From sequence record PP496441.1: a stretch of 64,000 bases of DNA. One strand, given 5' to 3'. Position numbers and translations under genes: made by a program. The notes beneath the pieces were generated by a model, which was not told the DNA's origin, made no database searches, and was given only the letters and a program-made list of their open reading frames with translations. Shown one piece after another: positions 37,018-47,039 of the stretch (within the stretch, counting starts at the first letter, position 1; every line of letters begins with the position of its first letter).

Positions 37018-37710
37018 ATGGCGAGCACGATGGGCATTAAAGAAGCACAAGACATACTGGGGCTGGAACCGGGCGCTGACCTTGCCGATGTCAAAAAGGC
37101 CGTACGCAAGCTGTGCCAGAAGTTCCACCCGGACAAGGAAGGCGGTGACCCTGAGATGTTCCGGCGTGTGCGGGAAGCCGGGGAAATGCTGGAGGAAATT
37201 CTGGCGGATCACGACATCATCCCGAATGAGGAATACCTGGACGCGCTCAGCTACGTCATCACCATGCTCGGCCAGAAGTACGTGGCGGCTGAGATGAACG
37301 GGATGAATGCCCGGCGTCGTGTCGCGATCAAGATGACCAACGACGTGTTCAGCTTCCACAACCTGCAGCAAGCGGCTTTCGCAGCGGCAGCACCACCCAG
37401 TGCAGAGTCCTACGTGTTGAACGAACTCGAACAAGAGATCAAAGTCAACATCGATGAGTTCGACGCCTCAATCGAACGGCACTCCGTTCAGGGTAAAGGG
37501 CTACGAATGCTGATGCAGAACATGCGGGCGCCTAAGATGGCGTACTCCGTGTGGCAAGACGCTCGGGACTCCTTGGCGCAGGCTATTCGCCAGCAACGCA
37601 ACAACATCCGCATGGCGAAGATACGGATGCAAGCACTGGAAGAGTTCGAAGCCATCCAGCACAAGCGCAAGCAGGAAGCCATTCGTCTGGCCCATGGGGT
37701 GCGCTCATGA
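37018..37710 (+). CDS. J-domain (DnaJ-like) protein
   Basis: ILGL...DVKKAVRKLCQKFHPDKEGGD with HPD motif. Confidence 0.9.
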   Translation: MASTMGIKEAQDILGLEPGADLADVKKAVRKLCQKFHPDKEGGDPEMFRRVREAGEMLEEILADHDIIPNEEYLDALSYVITMLGQKYVAAEMNGMNARRRVAIKMTNDVFSFHNLQQAAFAAAAPPSAESYVLNELEQEIKVNIDEFDASIERHSVQGKGLRMLMQNMRAPKMAYSVWQDARDSLAQAIRQQRNNIRMAKIRMQALEEFEAIQHKRKQEAIRLAHGVRS

Positions 37711-38318
37711 TCTCGGAGCAAATGTTGCACTGGTTGAAGACCTCCGCCCCGTGGAAGCCCGTGCTGATCGTGGACATCGACGGCGTTATCTTGAACAACG
37801 AACATCGCCTGCATCACATCGTGCACACGGTAGACGGAATTCAGGTGAACCGTACGGATGCGGACTGGGAAGCCTTCCACGCCAAAGGGTCCATGGATAC
37901 GCCGGGCGCGGCAGCAGCGTTCATTGAGGCATCTTACAACACGTTCACTCCGATCTTCGTTACGGCCCGTGTGGCCTTTGGTGAGCAGCGCAAGCACGTG
38001 CACGATATGCTGGTTAAGACGTTGCCCAAGATCAAGGACATCAACTGGCGTACGGGTTGCCCGTCCAAGGATGAGATCTTCCCGTTGTTCATGCGCGCGC
38101 CCAACGAGAACTGGGACACACAGAAGGTGGGCGGTGGGGACGCCATCGTGCACCACTCTGATTATAAGCGAGTGGCAATCCAGTGGCTTCGGGCTCAAGG
38201 TATAAATCCCATGGCTGGTCTGGATGACTCCCTTACCATTTGCAAGATGTTCGCGGAGGAAGGCCTCCTGAGCTTGCGAGTGCACAACCATGTAGCAGAC
38301 GCGGCGCTGATGCGCTGA
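37707..38318 (+). CDS. HAD-family phosphatase (PNKP 3'-phosphatase-like)
   Basis: VDIDGV motif I, VTAR motif II, LFMR, GLDD motif IV; start reassigned to the ATGA overlap. Confidence 0.8.
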   Translation: MISEQMLHWLKTSAPWKPVLIVDIDGVILNNEHRLHHIVHTVDGIQVNRTDADWEAFHAKGSMDTPGAAAAFIEASYNTFTPIFVTARVAFGEQRKHVHDMLVKTLPKIKDINWRTGCPSKDEIFPLFMRAPNENWDTQKVGGGDAIVHHSDYKRVAIQWLRAQGINPMAGLDDSLTICKMFAEEGLLSLRVHNHVADAALMR

Positions 38319-38328
38319 GGATAAGAAC

Positions 38329-38709
38329 ATGAAGACTGAACAAGAAATGCAGCGCGCCAAGGTTTCCCAATCGATGGCCGCGCTTCTTAACGATGCCGTC
38401 GGTGGATCGATAGGACCTTCGTTGCGTGACCTGGGCAATGCGGTCATGGGTAAACCTGAAGCAGCTCACGAAGGTGGTATGTCCGCCACCATGCGACAGG
38501 AGAAAGAGTCGCTGGAAAAGTTCGGTGATAACTACCTCACCATGATGAGCAGACCTAAACACAAGCGCAAGGTGGTGAACCGAGCGATCAAGCGGGTCAA
38601 TGCCATCGTCTCCAAACACGGCGTGTGCCCAAAGGTTCTGGCGCCGGTCCGCTTCGTGTCGTCCAAGAAGGACGTGTTCAAACTGGCTAAGATCAAATCG
38701 ATCTGCTAA
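38329..38709 (+). CDS. hypothetical basic protein
   Basis: 126 aa, GAGG SD. Confidence 0.7.
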   Translation: MKTEQEMQRAKVSQSMAALLNDAVGGSIGPSLRDLGNAVMGKPEAAHEGGMSATMRQEKESLEKFGDNYLTMMSRPKHKRKVVNRAIKRVNAIVSKHGVCPKVLAPVRFVSSKKDVFKLAKIKSIC

Positions 38710-38723
38710 TCGAGGGCAAGACC

Positions 38724-38864
38724 ATGAATGACTATCCCGTGTATCCGTACCACTCTGCACAGGCAAAAGATTTTCGTAAGAACTTCGCAGAGGCACGTGC
38801 CGCTGGACTCCCTGAGTTCACGTGGGAAGGTCGACTTTACACCACCAAACGAGCAGACGATTAA
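38724..38864 (+). CDS. small hypothetical protein (46 aa, not in ORF track)
   Basis: hand translation MNDYPVYPYHSAQAKDFRKNFAEARAAGLPEFTWEGRLYTTKRADD; GAGG SD. Confidence 0.65.
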   Translation: MNDYPVYPYHSAQAKDFRKNFAEARAAGLPEFTWEGRLYTTKRADD

Positions 38865-38867
38865 ACC

Positions 38868-38893
38868 AATGCCCGGCCTAACCGTCGGGCATT
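38868..38893 (+). terminator. hairpin/terminator with CTAACC loop
   Basis: AATGCCCGGC-CTAACC-GTCGGGCATT. Confidence 0.6.
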
Positions 38894-38901
38894 GTCGCCT
38901 G

Positions 38902-38931
38902 TTGACATCCCGCTTCGACGTGTGGCATACT
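38902..38931 (+). promoter_or_regulatory. sigma70-type early promoter
   Basis: TTGACA-18-CATACT with extended TG. Confidence 0.7.
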
Positions 38932-39000
38932 GGCACCATGGGGCTACCATGGCCCCGGAAATGCTGGACCGACCAGCCACTGTCCTAAGAGGAATGCACC

Positions 39001-39423
39001 ATGTCCAAGCCCGTACCGACCCTGTTCATAAAGGCCCCGTTCGAACTCGTCTGGGGTAAACCGGAGGATGGCAACGAACTGCCGGGATCTCCGTTTGACG
39101 GCATCAACGTCAAAGGCAATGACTACGCTGCCAGCGCACAAGATCTGATGCTGCTGCACACGATGGTCGATGACTGGGCCTTCGTTCGCTTCACCGTGTT
39201 CGGCTTCGAGTTGACTCTGGATCAGATGCTGATGCTTTGCTGGTGGGAAGACAAGTGCCCGGCACACTGGTCAATGGCAGAGCATGTGGACAATCCCCAG
39301 GTTAATACTGCCAGTCATAATGAGGCAACTCTCGCCCAGCGCTGTGCCCAGATTCTTTCAGTGGCATTGGGTAGCGCGGGAAATTGCATTCTTGATATCG
39401 AGTCAAATCCCAGCAAGGTCTAA
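39001..39423 (+). CDS. hypothetical protein
   Basis: 140 aa, AAGAGGAA SD. Confidence 0.7.
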   Translation: MSKPVPTLFIKAPFELVWGKPEDGNELPGSPFDGINVKGNDYAASAQDLMLLHTMVDDWAFVRFTVFGFELTLDQMLMLCWWEDKCPAHWSMAEHVDNPQVNTASHNEATLAQRCAQILSVALGSAGNCILDIESNPSKV

Positions 39424-39479
39424 TTCACACACGGACCTTTCGGGGTCCGTTCACTTTCTGTCCCAAAGAGGAATGCAAC

Positions 39480-39836
39480 ATGAGCAGAGCACCCGTCCGC
39501 AATAAGGTCTACACGTATGGCGAAATCATCGACGATCTGTTCCTGCGTGACACCCCGTGTCTGATGGTGTACGTCGGTGATGGGGGTAGCCCGATCAAGA
39601 GCTACTATCCCGTCAACTCTGATCTCACTTACGAGGAACTGCGTAAGCTGCCGGGCTGGGAAGACAGCCGCTGGACGTTCGTTCGTGAGACCAGTGAATG
39701 GATTCCAGTCTTCCACTGGGACAATGATCAAGGTAGCCCGACGCAACTGGTGCAGGTGAACCGTAGTGAGTACTACGATCTGGAGCACACGTCCATGGAT
39801 CGTCTTATCGTAACACCGAAAGAGGCAGCTCGATGA
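39480..39836 (+). CDS. hypothetical protein
   Basis: 118 aa, AAGAGGAA SD. Confidence 0.7.
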   Translation: MSRAPVRNKVYTYGEIIDDLFLRDTPCLMVYVGDGGSPIKSYYPVNSDLTYEELRKLPGWEDSRWTFVRETSEWIPVFHWDNDQGSPTQLVQVNRSEYYDLEHTSMDRLIVTPKEAAR

Positions 39837-40321
39837 AGATCCAACGGATTGAAAAGACTACAGTAACTGATCTGATGCTCCGTGCGTTGGATCAAGGATT
39901 CTTAGTCAGCTCGTATCACGACAAGAAGAAACGTCCTGTGGTCATGGTGGTGCGTATCCATGAGGACAAGATGAAACTGGTCAGTAATACGACGGGCAAG
40001 AGCTACGTCCACATGCTGGTTCAGTCGCTCGCTGATTCGCACGCCCTGTTCCCCGGCGTTCGGGACGTAGATGCACCCGTGGCTAAGAAAGACCTTACCC
40101 CACTGCTGGTGCAGGCAATGGAACGCGGATTCCGTGTTCACGGCGGCGGTCCATGGGAGAAAGGTGACACCACCTATTCAGTGATGATCTCACGGGATAC
40201 TGACACCGAGGTCCTTGTCCTCGCAGCTGCGACGGAACCAGATCACTGCGACGCGCTGGAGAGGGCGTTGACACGGGCGCTGGAGCGCTTCGGCCAGGTA
40301 GTCCCGATCACCAAAAAATAA
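39833..40321 (+). CDS. hypothetical protein with internal duplication
   Basis: two similar halves (LMLRALDQGFLV vs LLVQAMERGFRV). Confidence 0.7.
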   Translation: MKIQRIEKTTVTDLMLRALDQGFLVSSYHDKKKRPVVMVVRIHEDKMKLVSNTTGKSYVHMLVQSLADSHALFPGVRDVDAPVAKKDLTPLLVQAMERGFRVHGGGPWEKGDTTYSVMISRDTDTEVLVLAAATEPDHCDALERALTRALERFGQVVPITKK

Positions 40322-40324
40322 AGT

Positions 40325-40353
40325 TTGACAGCCAAAACTGTCTCTGGTACAAT
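40325..40353 (+). promoter_or_regulatory. sigma70-type early promoter
   Basis: TTGACA-17-TACAAT with extended TG. Confidence 0.85.
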
Positions 40354-40403
40354 GTATGTGCCGCGCCGTAAAGCGGCACACTACCCGAAGTGAAGGAACC
40401 GAG

Positions 40404-41306
40404 ATGACCAAAACATTAGCGCTGGCTCCTATGGAGAAAGCAAATCTGATACAGGACGCTGAGTTCGCCGCGACCGCCATCAAAGAGTTGCTGACCCTGC
40501 TGATCGAGACCACTACCGAGTTGAAGAAAGAGCACGAAGACCCAATGTCTGCGGCCAAAGCTCGGTGTGATGAGTTGAATAAGACGGTGACCAAGATTGT
40601 GTCGTCGCACAACGCCAAGAACCCTGAATTCATGTTGGCTATCGAGTCTGTGACCCGAGTGATCAACCATACCGTCTCAATCATGGACTTGACCAAACGT
40701 CGAGGATTGAGAGTCGGTAAACCCTATCTCCTAAGCTACAAGAAAGAGCTGGCTGACAAGCTGGTTCAACTCGTAGACTTTCATCAGTTCTCTAAAGGAC
40801 TGCCCGTAAAAGGGACGAAAGACGCCTTGTCTGATACCGTGGTAGCACTCGCCGCCGATGCCGACAGCATCGATGCAAAGGTGAAGGCTAGCTCGGACAA
40901 CTCCAAGAACCCTGTGTTCATGATGGAGATGAATATCGTCCCGCCGTTCAACTACTTCTACGTACAACCCCGCAAGTTCCTGCTCCACAAGCTCGCCTTC
41001 GACCGCATCGGCAAAGGTGACAACAGCGACTTCATCGTGCTGAAGAAGCAAAAGGTTCTGGTGGTGGACAACGTTGCCGCCGAGAACTACAAGATGGAAC
41101 CGCTGGAGCTGGCCGCTACGCTGATCGAAGCCATCAATCTGAAACGCCCCGCTGGCACATCAGAGCTGGCGATGGTGATGGAAGAGCATGCGTCACTCAA
41201 AGGTAGTTCAGGCTACACGTTCTACTGGGTGGTTCCTCTGCCCACGCTTCACGTGCTGCAACCCATCATCGGCCAAGGTACCCTCGCTTGGGGCTTGGCA
41301 GTCTAA
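40404..41306 (+). CDS. hypothetical protein
   Basis: ~300 aa, start MTKTL after GAAGGA. Confidence 0.75.
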   Translation: MTKTLALAPMEKANLIQDAEFAATAIKELLTLLIETTTELKKEHEDPMSAAKARCDELNKTVTKIVSSHNAKNPEFMLAIESVTRVINHTVSIMDLTKRRGLRVGKPYLLSYKKELADKLVQLVDFHQFSKGLPVKGTKDALSDTVVALAADADSIDAKVKASSDNSKNPVFMMEMNIVPPFNYFYVQPRKFLLHKLAFDRIGKGDNSDFIVLKKQKVLVVDNVAAENYKMEPLELAATLIEAINLKRPAGTSELAMVMEEHASLKGSSGYTFYWVVPLPTLHVLQPIIGQGTLAWGLAV

Positions 41307-41336
41307 TCCGTTCACCCACCATAAAGAGTAATTGAA

Positions 41337-41843
41337 ATGGCAAAAGGTAAAACCCCGCTGTATCTGAGCTACATTGACACCATCAATGGTCTGCTCAACT
41401 CCATCAAGTTCTCGGCAGAACTGCCGGTGCACAAGAAGTCCATCGACCGTTCGGGTCGTAACGTTGAGTGGTTGCGCAAGGGGATCAAGCGTGGTAAGCT
41501 GACCATCCCCGGTGTCGATATCGGCAACGAGTTCTGGAAGCTGGCTCAACTGCTGGAGGTGGAAGCACCGGTCTACGGCACAGACGTTGTTCCTGTGATG
41601 ACTGCTGTAGACCTTGGTAAGAAAGAGAGCGGTGGGTTGAAGCCTGGTGAGTTCGCCACCGTCTCGGCAACCACGGACCCGTCCAAGTCTGAAGTAGCTC
41701 TGAGCAGTATCGAGCAACGTGAAGGTCGTATCCCTGCGCATAAGCGTTCGATCAGCAAGAGCCGTCACTTCGCCGAGAACTACGGCACCAATGCAGACGT
41801 GACGGCCAGCACCAAGACCCTCGACAAGTATGAAACCCGCTAA
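41337..41843 (+). CDS. hypothetical protein
   Basis: 168 aa, biased codons. Confidence 0.7.
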   Translation: MAKGKTPLYLSYIDTINGLLNSIKFSAELPVHKKSIDRSGRNVEWLRKGIKRGKLTIPGVDIGNEFWKLAQLLEVEAPVYGTDVVPVMTAVDLGKKESGGLKPGEFATVSATTDPSKSEVALSSIEQREGRIPAHKRSISKSRHFAENYGTNADVTASTKTLDKYETR

Positions 41844-42321
41844 CCTCAAAGCTCTCGGGATTGACACCCGACCCGGAGCGATGAACATTCCTGACGGAAG
41901 GTGCTGGGTGTGCCCGGCGGTAGCGGGGCTGGAAGACCATCACATCATTCCGCGACACTGCGGCGGTGAAGGTGGGCCACAAGTCAGATTGTGCGGCGTG
42001 TGTCATACGTCGATTCACAATCTGGCCAACAACAAGAAAGTGCTGGCGCAAGAGATTGAACCACTGGAGATCCATGAGTACAACAAGGCTTGGTCCGACG
42101 CGCTGATGTTGCGCAAAGGTCATGCACTGGCGTATGTCATTGCGAAGTCCAACAAGGTGACGAAGGGGGACGCCAACAGGAAGGTTAAGTTCGCCACCAC
42201 GTTCGACGGACTCACCAGCAGGCAGTTGAAGCAACTCAAGAAGAGCATGGGCTGCACAAGCCTTGACCAAACAATAGTGACGTTGATAAAACAGGCCCAC
42301 GGGCGACTGTTTAGGGGATAG
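41830..42321 (+). CDS. HNH endonuclease-like protein with C-terminal helical domain
   Basis: CWVC..EDHHIIPRHCGG...LCGVCHTSIH. Confidence 0.8.
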   Translation: MKPANLKALGIDTRPGAMNIPDGRCWVCPAVAGLEDHHIIPRHCGGEGGPQVRLCGVCHTSIHNLANNKKVLAQEIEPLEIHEYNKAWSDALMLRKGHALAYVIAKSNKVTKGDANRKVKFATTFDGLTSRQLKQLKKSMGCTSLDQTIVTLIKQAHGRLFRG

Positions 42322-42323
42322 AG

Positions 42324-43247
42324 ATGACCAAAAGTACTTCAGCTAACCAGAAGCAATTGAAAGACGTAGTTAGCTCACCGAAGCCATTCAATACAAAGCT
42401 AGAGCTGTATGTAGAAGATCATTTGTATTTCGATACGAAGAAGCCGTCGATCAAGGCGTCTTTCTCCGAGCTGGGGTTACAGCCGTTCGCCAAGGCACCG
42501 TCCAAAGGGTTCATCCCTAATCTGTCCAAGCTGGCCCGCTCCACCAACGGACCCGAACTGTTCCAGCATCTGGGCTCCCTCACCCAGAACCTAGATGCCA
42601 GCCAACTACGGCTGCTGTCCGTGGTGTTCAACAACATGGCGAAGATGGAAGCCCATGGCTTGAATTTCGGCCAGAAGGTTTACGTCAACGTCTCAAGCCC
42701 GCGCATCGAGTTCGTCGAGTGCTACGTCGAGGCCATCGTGATCGGCGTCGAGTCGGAACATCCAGAGTCCCCGGTGTTCCTGAGCGTAGCCTTCGAGAAG
42801 ATGGCGGCAGATGCTCCGATGTGTTGGTCAATGCCCACCAGTTCTTTCCTGACCGAACGCCAGTTCCGGCTGCTGCGTAAGAGGCTGCGTGCGGAAGGCA
42901 AGACCAGTGTACCGGACAAGATTCGCAAGGAACACTTGTGCTGGGAACGCGAGAACTTCGGTAAGCCGTCGAACCGGTTGTCCGTTGACGAGACTGTTCA
43001 AACCATCGACACCGTCTCGGAGGACTGGCTCAACAGCAACGTCCTCTCACTGCTCGATCCGTATGTGGATCCGACAGCACTGGAAGAGACCGAAGTGGCC
43101 GATGTCGAAGTGGTTGAAGAGAAGAAGACGCGAACCCGTGGTCCACGGAATCGTCGTGCAGAAGATAAGCAGACGCTTAGCCAAACTAAGGTCAAGTCGT
43201 CTGGTTCAGTGAAGATGAGCAACAACAGCATCTCCATCGTTCACTGA
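42324..43247 (+). CDS. hypothetical protein
   Basis: 307 aa, operonic. Confidence 0.75.
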   Translation: MTKSTSANQKQLKDVVSSPKPFNTKLELYVEDHLYFDTKKPSIKASFSELGLQPFAKAPSKGFIPNLSKLARSTNGPELFQHLGSLTQNLDASQLRLLSVVFNNMAKMEAHGLNFGQKVYVNVSSPRIEFVECYVEAIVIGVESEHPESPVFLSVAFEKMAADAPMCWSMPTSSFLTERQFRLLRKRLRAEGKTSVPDKIRKEHLCWERENFGKPSNRLSVDETVQTIDTVSEDWLNSNVLSLLDPYVDPTALEETEVADVEVVEEKKTRTRGPRNRRAEDKQTLSQTKVKSSGSVKMSNNSISIVH

Positions 43248-43311
43248 TACCGATCCGCTGTATACCTTAAGTTGCTTATACCTTCAATACAACGAACCGA
43301 GATTCTGATAC

Positions 43312-44391
43312 ATGAAGATTACAAATGTGCATTCCACCCTACTCAATCTTGGAGTTAACCGATCACTGCTGGAGCAAGCGGTTCAGGTTACATTGAGTGC
43401 GTTGATGCGACTGATCTCAGTTGACGCATACTGTAAGAAGATGAAGAAAGACTTCGGCATCGTGATGAACACTCAAGTGTTCAACGACACCTTCGACAAC
43501 GGCTACTATCTGAAACATGTCAAGCTTTATCTGGCGTGGTGTGTCGGCAAGAAGCTGACGGACAGCATCGACATCCGCCGGGCAGGTCGCCAGTTCGAAC
43601 TGGACGCCAAAGATCGTCAGCTGGTCAACCTGATGAAACCCGCCGACCGCAAGATGGTACTGAGCAAGATCAATCCGGAAGTCGAACTGTACGCGTCACC
43701 CAAGGTGATGGACATCAAGATTGGTGCGGCCATCGACTCGCTGACAGATCACATCGGCAAGTTCACCAACAAGAAGTTGACCTTCACCACGAAGGGTACT
43801 GGCCGGGATAAGGATGACGTGCACAGTGATCTTCGTATCGCCGCGTTGCGTGCCGCCTACAAGACCTACCCGTTCCAGCTGTGTGACTTGCATCTCCTCA
43901 ACTCGATGAAGTCTGCCATCCACAACGTCGGCATCAACCTGATCCAGTCCGCCACGACCAAGAGTCGTCAAGTAATGGTCAAGGAAGATGATGAGTTCAT
44001 AATGTTGCGCGAGAACTTCGACTTCTACGGCAGCCATAACGACGTGGCGTCGGTCGTGAGCAGTTGCGGGCTGGACGGGGGCGCCGCTATGGGCTCAGGC
44101 GGGTGTTCCACCACTGACAGCATTACGTATCAGCAGTTGGTGTCCCAAGTCAAAGGCCGGGCAGCACAGTTCCTCGTAATGCTGGCCGGTCACTACTCGG
44201 AAAGGTTCTCCGCGTACTTGCGACAGATCGGCATCAACAAAGACAATGATGAATGGTCCCAAGCAGTTCTCACCGGTCGGCGCACGTCCATCCAGCGCTA
44301 CTGTGAGATCATCGCAGACTATTGCAAAGTCCCCCACGAGATTGCCAACAAACTGCTAGCAGGTTATCGCCAGCAGATGGCCGTAATGTAA
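43312..44391 (+). CDS. putative divergent phage sigma-like transcription factor
   Basis: DKDDVHSDLRIAALRAA...MKSAIHNVGINLIQSATTKSR resembles sigma region 2; by-eye only. Confidence 0.4.
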   Translation: MKITNVHSTLLNLGVNRSLLEQAVQVTLSALMRLISVDAYCKKMKKDFGIVMNTQVFNDTFDNGYYLKHVKLYLAWCVGKKLTDSIDIRRAGRQFELDAKDRQLVNLMKPADRKMVLSKINPEVELYASPKVMDIKIGAAIDSLTDHIGKFTNKKLTFTTKGTGRDKDDVHSDLRIAALRAAYKTYPFQLCDLHLLNSMKSAIHNVGINLIQSATTKSRQVMVKEDDEFIMLRENFDFYGSHNDVASVVSSCGLDGGAAMGSGGCSTTDSITYQQLVSQVKGRAAQFLVMLAGHYSERFSAYLRQIGINKDNDEWSQAVLTGRRTSIQRYCEIIADYCKVPHEIANKLLAGYRQQMAVM

Positions 44392-44402
44392 GGAGAGCTG
44401 TC

Positions 44403-44618
44403 ATGCCCCGTATCGTAGTCCATCCCTCTGAGAGTCACTGGTTCAGGGGGTTAAAGTTCGCCGAGAAGTTGTATCTAAAAGATGGACTCACTTTAGAAGA
44501 AGTTGAGACGTGTCTGAATATCAACCGACGCGCCCTTCTCCGAGATGAAGAATACCTACGGGGCGTTGATGACTATCTGGGGTATGCCCGTGAGAAGCTC
44601 CGGGCTGTCCATCACTAA
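44403..44618 (+). CDS. hypothetical protein
   Basis: start MPRIV after AAGGAG. Confidence 0.6.
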   Translation: MPRIVVHPSESHWFRGLKFAEKLYLKDGLTLEEVETCLNINRRALLRDEEYLRGVDDYLGYAREKLRAVHH

Positions 44619-44635
44619 TAAAAGAGGAAACGACC

Positions 44636-44773
44636 ATGCGTCGAGCCCAACGTACATCTCAAGGCTTCAAGAACGGTTCCCACAATCGCAAGATGAAGGA
44701 CCACCGCAAACAACTCAACCAACCTCAAACCGAAGTACCGAAGGTTTGGGAAGCACTGGCGGAACTGGCATGA
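44636..44773 (+). CDS. small basic hypothetical protein (45 aa, not in ORF track)
   Basis: AAGAGGA SD; stop overlaps next start (ATGA). Confidence 0.55.
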   Translation: MRRAQRTSQGFKNGSHNRKMKDHRKQLNQPQTEVPKVWEALAELA

Positions 44774-45459
44774 AAGACTACACACTGATCGTAATCTCCG
44801 GCACGCATCGCACCGGTAAGACCACCATGATGCAGGAGTTCGTCAAACAGAACCCTGAGTTCCAGATACTGCCGTTCACTGTGACCAACATCTGGCACAA
44901 TGTGTTCGGCGACCGTCCGTACACCATGGATCTGGAACCCTATGATCGTCTGCTGCTCCAGTTCGGTCTGCTTAATGCGTGGATTATGTGTGTTACAGAT
45001 CACGTTGCCAAAGGTGGAAAGTGGATCGTTGATCGAGGTCCACTTGACTTCGCCACATACATGCGTCTCGGATTGATCGACTGCATGAACCACGATGTCA
45101 ATCTGCAAGCCGAACAGTTCGTGCTCAACTGCATCCAGGCCACGGCGGGGCTTGTCAGTTACGAAATCTTGGTCAGTCCTGTTCTGCACCGGATCAACGG
45201 GGATATGGTAGAGGATGATGTCACGAAGCTCACCGGCAAGGTGGGGCTGATGAATCAGACGGTGTTCCATTCCATCCTGCGTGACGTGGCCCAAGACACC
45301 CTCCGGTCCAGCATCTGCAGCGGGTACTCGGTTGGGCAACTGATCAATCTGCAGGAGTTGCCTACCGAGATCATTCATCTTGGGGATCGTGTCAATTGGC
45401 TGCGGGAGGTGATCGATGCCAAACAAAAAGGAAAGGCCCGCCTACAGCCAACCCGCTAA
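44770..45459 (+). CDS. P-loop nucleoside monophosphate kinase-like protein
   Basis: ISGTHRTGKTT Walker A, IVDRGPLD. Confidence 0.75.
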   Translation: MKDYTLIVISGTHRTGKTTMMQEFVKQNPEFQILPFTVTNIWHNVFGDRPYTMDLEPYDRLLLQFGLLNAWIMCVTDHVAKGGKWIVDRGPLDFATYMRLGLIDCMNHDVNLQAEQFVLNCIQATAGLVSYEILVSPVLHRINGDMVEDDVTKLTGKVGLMNQTVFHSILRDVAQDTLRSSICSGYSVGQLINLQELPTEIIHLGDRVNWLREVIDAKQKGKARLQPTR

Positions 45460-46948
45460 GGCGTTCTCCGTCGGCGTACGGTTACTGGGGCGCCTGTGGT
45501 GGGAGCCTGCCAGCGGCAAGCATCGGCGGTTCGCCACAGTCAATCTGCCCCACGCCGCGCTCACGCTGTACATGGCAGATAGTGCGGGTGGTACGCAACT
45601 GAGTGTGACCACTCGTCTGAGCCGCCGCACATCCAAGAAAGATAAGAAGCCCAAGTCCGCGTATATAGACCTTGGACACTATCTCGACTACCAACATGCC
45701 AGCAAGGCAGCGCTCGGGAAGCTCAAAGAGTTTCTCGACAATAATCCGGAGCACTGTGTCATGCCTGAAGTCAACACCGCAACAAAGCTGGACATCACGC
45801 TGGATCAGATGAAGTCGTTACTCGACGCTGCCGGGGTGAAAGAACATACTGCTGACACCCTGTGCCGCGTGTTCATGCCGGTCCCAATCAAAGGTGATCC
45901 TACCGATGGTCAGTCCAAACTCTCCATTGCGCTGGCAAAGCTGACCGACGACATCGACGCGATCTCCGGGATGTTCGACGCGGCAGAAGGTTTTACCGCC
46001 ATGGACTTCTGTCAGGCGGACGTGGCCTTCCAGAAGTTAATGCGACTGATCAACATCAAACCCCATGACCTGGACTCGGGTGGCGAAGAGATCAGCAAGT
46101 CGATCAATCGTTTGGTCACCAGCATGTGGCGGTTCAAGATTGATCCGGCACCCTATCTGCTGGAACTGGGTTTGGACCCAGATCAGTCCACTGTGCTTGC
46201 CATGGAGAAGAAGCTGGTGGAAGTGTACGATGTTGAACCTGAGTTCATGCAGATGATGGAGTCCCAGTTGTCTAAGGCAGACATAGTTCGGGCTAACCAG
46301 CTTCGGTGGGGTTCAACAGACCTGAAACGTTACTTGCGAGACAACGGGTTACATATCCGTATGATCTTTAGCGACCCCGACAAAACCCCCTACGTAAAAC
46401 GGTCCGTGTTCGTGTGCGATCTTGATGTCGTCAGCGTGGACGCGTTGGTAGATTCAGGTATTCTTTCGGCCAGTACCACTGAGCCTGATCTCATGTACCG
46501 AGCTTTCAACAGTCAGACGTGGAACCGTAAGCAAGCTCGTTACCTAGTAATCCAGAAAGAGACGTGGGATTTCCTTGATGCCAAAGGGTTAGAGTCCTTG
46601 GAAATTGAGGTAGCAGGATTACAACCGCATGTACTGGAAGGGTATGTTACACCGGAAAATGGAGAGTGGCCGGAAGATGTTGCCAACTATTTGGTAGACC
46701 TGGGATTCCGGAAACACGGGCATGCAGGTAGTGAATGTTACGTCATGCGACAACCATCTGGGATTAGCAAGAACGATTTCATTCGTAATCTGATCGACGC
46801 CCGTATACTTCGGGTCGACGGTACAGGGCACTATGCCAAAGTACGAGCCTTCACCGACGGTTTCAAGTCGAAGATTTACAAGTCCGACATCGATGAGTAT
46901 CTGATCCTCCACGTTGACAACTGGCAGACGTCGTCCACGGCGCGCTGA
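45416..46948 (+). CDS. hypothetical protein
   Basis: 510-aa ORF, no motif recognised. Confidence 0.75.
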   Translation: MPNKKERPAYSQPAKAFSVGVRLLGRLWWEPASGKHRRFATVNLPHAALTLYMADSAGGTQLSVTTRLSRRTSKKDKKPKSAYIDLGHYLDYQHASKAALGKLKEFLDNNPEHCVMPEVNTATKLDITLDQMKSLLDAAGVKEHTADTLCRVFMPVPIKGDPTDGQSKLSIALAKLTDDIDAISGMFDAAEGFTAMDFCQADVAFQKLMRLINIKPHDLDSGGEEISKSINRLVTSMWRFKIDPAPYLLELGLDPDQSTVLAMEKKLVEVYDVEPEFMQMMESQLSKADIVRANQLRWGSTDLKRYLRDNGLHIRMIFSDPDKTPYVKRSVFVCDLDVVSVDALVDSGILSASTTEPDLMYRAFNSQTWNRKQARYLVIQKETWDFLDAKGLESLEIEVAGLQPHVLEGYVTPENGEWPEDVANYLVDLGFRKHGHAGSECYVMRQPSGISKNDFIRNLIDARILRVDGTGHYAKVRAFTDGFKSKIYKSDIDEYLILHVDNWQTSSTAR

Positions 46949-46959
46949 CCGAGTGACCA

Positions 46960-46992
46960 AGAGCCCTGTGCCAGTACGGACGGGGCTTTTTT
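46960..46992 (+). terminator. intrinsic terminator
   Basis: AGCCC...GGGCTTTTTT. Confidence 0.75.
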
Positions 46993-47009
46993 GCATCTGA
47001 AAATAAATG

Positions 47010-47039
47010 TTGCACGCCGTAATGCCCATGTGCTATACT
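47010..47039 (+). promoter_or_regulatory. sigma70-type early promoter
   Basis: A-rich UP element, TTGCAC-18-TATACT, extended TG. Confidence 0.7.

Noticed and set aside
41830-42321. HNH gene as an intron-encoded mobile element
   Set aside because: The flanking ORFs are intact and no intron structure was seen; it is treated as a free-standing HNH protein.
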